Below are positions 62,712 to 64,000 of a stretch of 64,000 nt of DNA, piece after piece (the first letter of the stretch is position 1; every line of letters begins with the position of its first letter). Where the stretch lies: positions 22,812,989 through 22,876,988 of the forward strand of contig NC_057746.1 of assembly GCF_004010195.1 (NCBI RefSeq), in the 5' to 3' direction. The notes beneath the pieces were generated by a model. It saw only the letters and a list, made by a program, of their open reading frames with translations. It was not told where the DNA came from and searched no databases. The position numbers and the translations under genes are program-made. Origin of the DNA: Chiloscyllium plagiosum. Lineage: Eukaryota.

Positions 62712-64000
62712 GTGAGAAGGCAATCTGTGGGAAACATGGAACAAATGTATCCTTCACCTTTTGCTCCTTTCACCTGTGTTCTTTGCTCAGTACTTCAGAA
62801 GCTTTGAGGAAAATGTTAATAGATGAAAAACTGAACAATTTTGCATTTATATAGCAGCATTCCTGACACAACATCCATATCATTTATATTTTGGAGTGCA
62901 GTCACTGTTGTAATTGCAGACAAGATGCAACTATTTTGCACACAACAAGCTCCTATAACCAGCAGTCTGGTGGTGTTCAAGTGAGATTGAAGGATAAATA
63001 ATAACCAGGGCAACAAAGGCAATGGGATATTTTACATTCACCTCATGAGGAAGATAAGACCTTGGGCTACTATCTCACCTGTAGCAGTGAAGGACCATCT
63101 TTTTTTTTGTTGTTGTTGGGATTTATGGAATTGTCAGATGTTGGTTGGTCACGTGTCAGATTTGAACCAATGCCACCTTGATTTGGAAGCTCATGGGTTT
63201 CCTGCTTATCCAAGGGTGACTTGAGAACTTGAGATTGGAACAGCTCGAGAACATATAATTCTTTGAGACGGTTCCATGTTCATTGGCTAATCTTGGACTT
63301 CAGCCCGCTGCCCATATTGGATGATTCTCTGAGAGATCAAATGAATAAGTCTTATCTCAACCTTAAGTATCTTCAATTATAGCTTATCAATGCCTTACAG
63401 TATGGGGAATTCCAAAGATTGATAATCTTTTGAGTGAATAAATTTCTTCTCATCATTATGCTTCCTAGAAACAACAAAACAACCATTGCGTTTATCCTGT
63501 CACCCTCACCCCCAAACTTTCCATAATCTTTATGAACACCAAAGAATATAGATCCAATTTACACAGCTTGTAATCAGATGACAATACTTTTATCCTAGGT
63601 GCCATTCTAGTGAACTTCTATTGTACTGCCTCTAGTGTAGCTATACCCTTTACTAAATATGTGGACCAAAACTGCATTGTATTTGGTGTGATTTCACCAA
63701 AGTCCTCTTCAATTGCAGCAAGACTCAAATCACTGTGCAATAATGGCCACAGGCCAACTACTTTGCTTGTTGTTCCTGCATGTTAACTTACTTTCTCTGC
63801 AAGAGTTCACCTCCGTCTTTGAACACCAATATTCAGAAGTTTCACATTGTTTAAAAATATTCTGCTTTTCCATTCTTATGACCAAAGTGAATAACATCAT
63901 ACTTCCATTAACTTCAGTGTTGCCTTGTCCATTCACTTAACTGTTCTTTGCATCCACTTTATATTCTCCTCAGTGTTGCATTTCCACTTAACTTTGTCTT

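Overview
Eukaryotic, repeat-dense genomic DNA from a cartilaginous fish. The HE1-type SINEs with (TAATC)n tails, esterase-type CR1 LINEs and Deu-domain SINEs point to a shark; a bamboo/carpet shark is my inference. The host genes form a small innate-immunity-type cluster: (1) a spliced CALHM-family channel gene on + (exons 7420-7893, 10622-10891, probable terminal exon at 12784); (2) a complete six-coding-exon RING/B-box/coiled-coil/PRY-SPRY TRIM gene on - (32832 to 23828, about 476 aa); (3) a second, divergently transcribed TRIM gene on + (exons 40791-41204, 58922-59017, 62478-62711) that runs off the window. Between the TRIMs is a CpG-rich promoter-like region with IRF/ISRE motifs, bracketed by a 30-bp minisatellite and an 83-bp satellite. 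Intron 1 of the + TRIM holds a degraded endogenous retrovirus (integrase, env, 3' LTR) with an exact internal copy of its polypurine tract. Other notable items are a three-copy 1.35-1.47 kb tandem duplication carrying a candidate signal-peptide exon, many Penelope-like elements with minimal hammerhead-ribozyme motifs, and a Tigger-like MITE. Three N-gaps (35351-35438, 37871-38280, 44144-44599) limit interpretation. All calls are from manual reading; no database searches were run.
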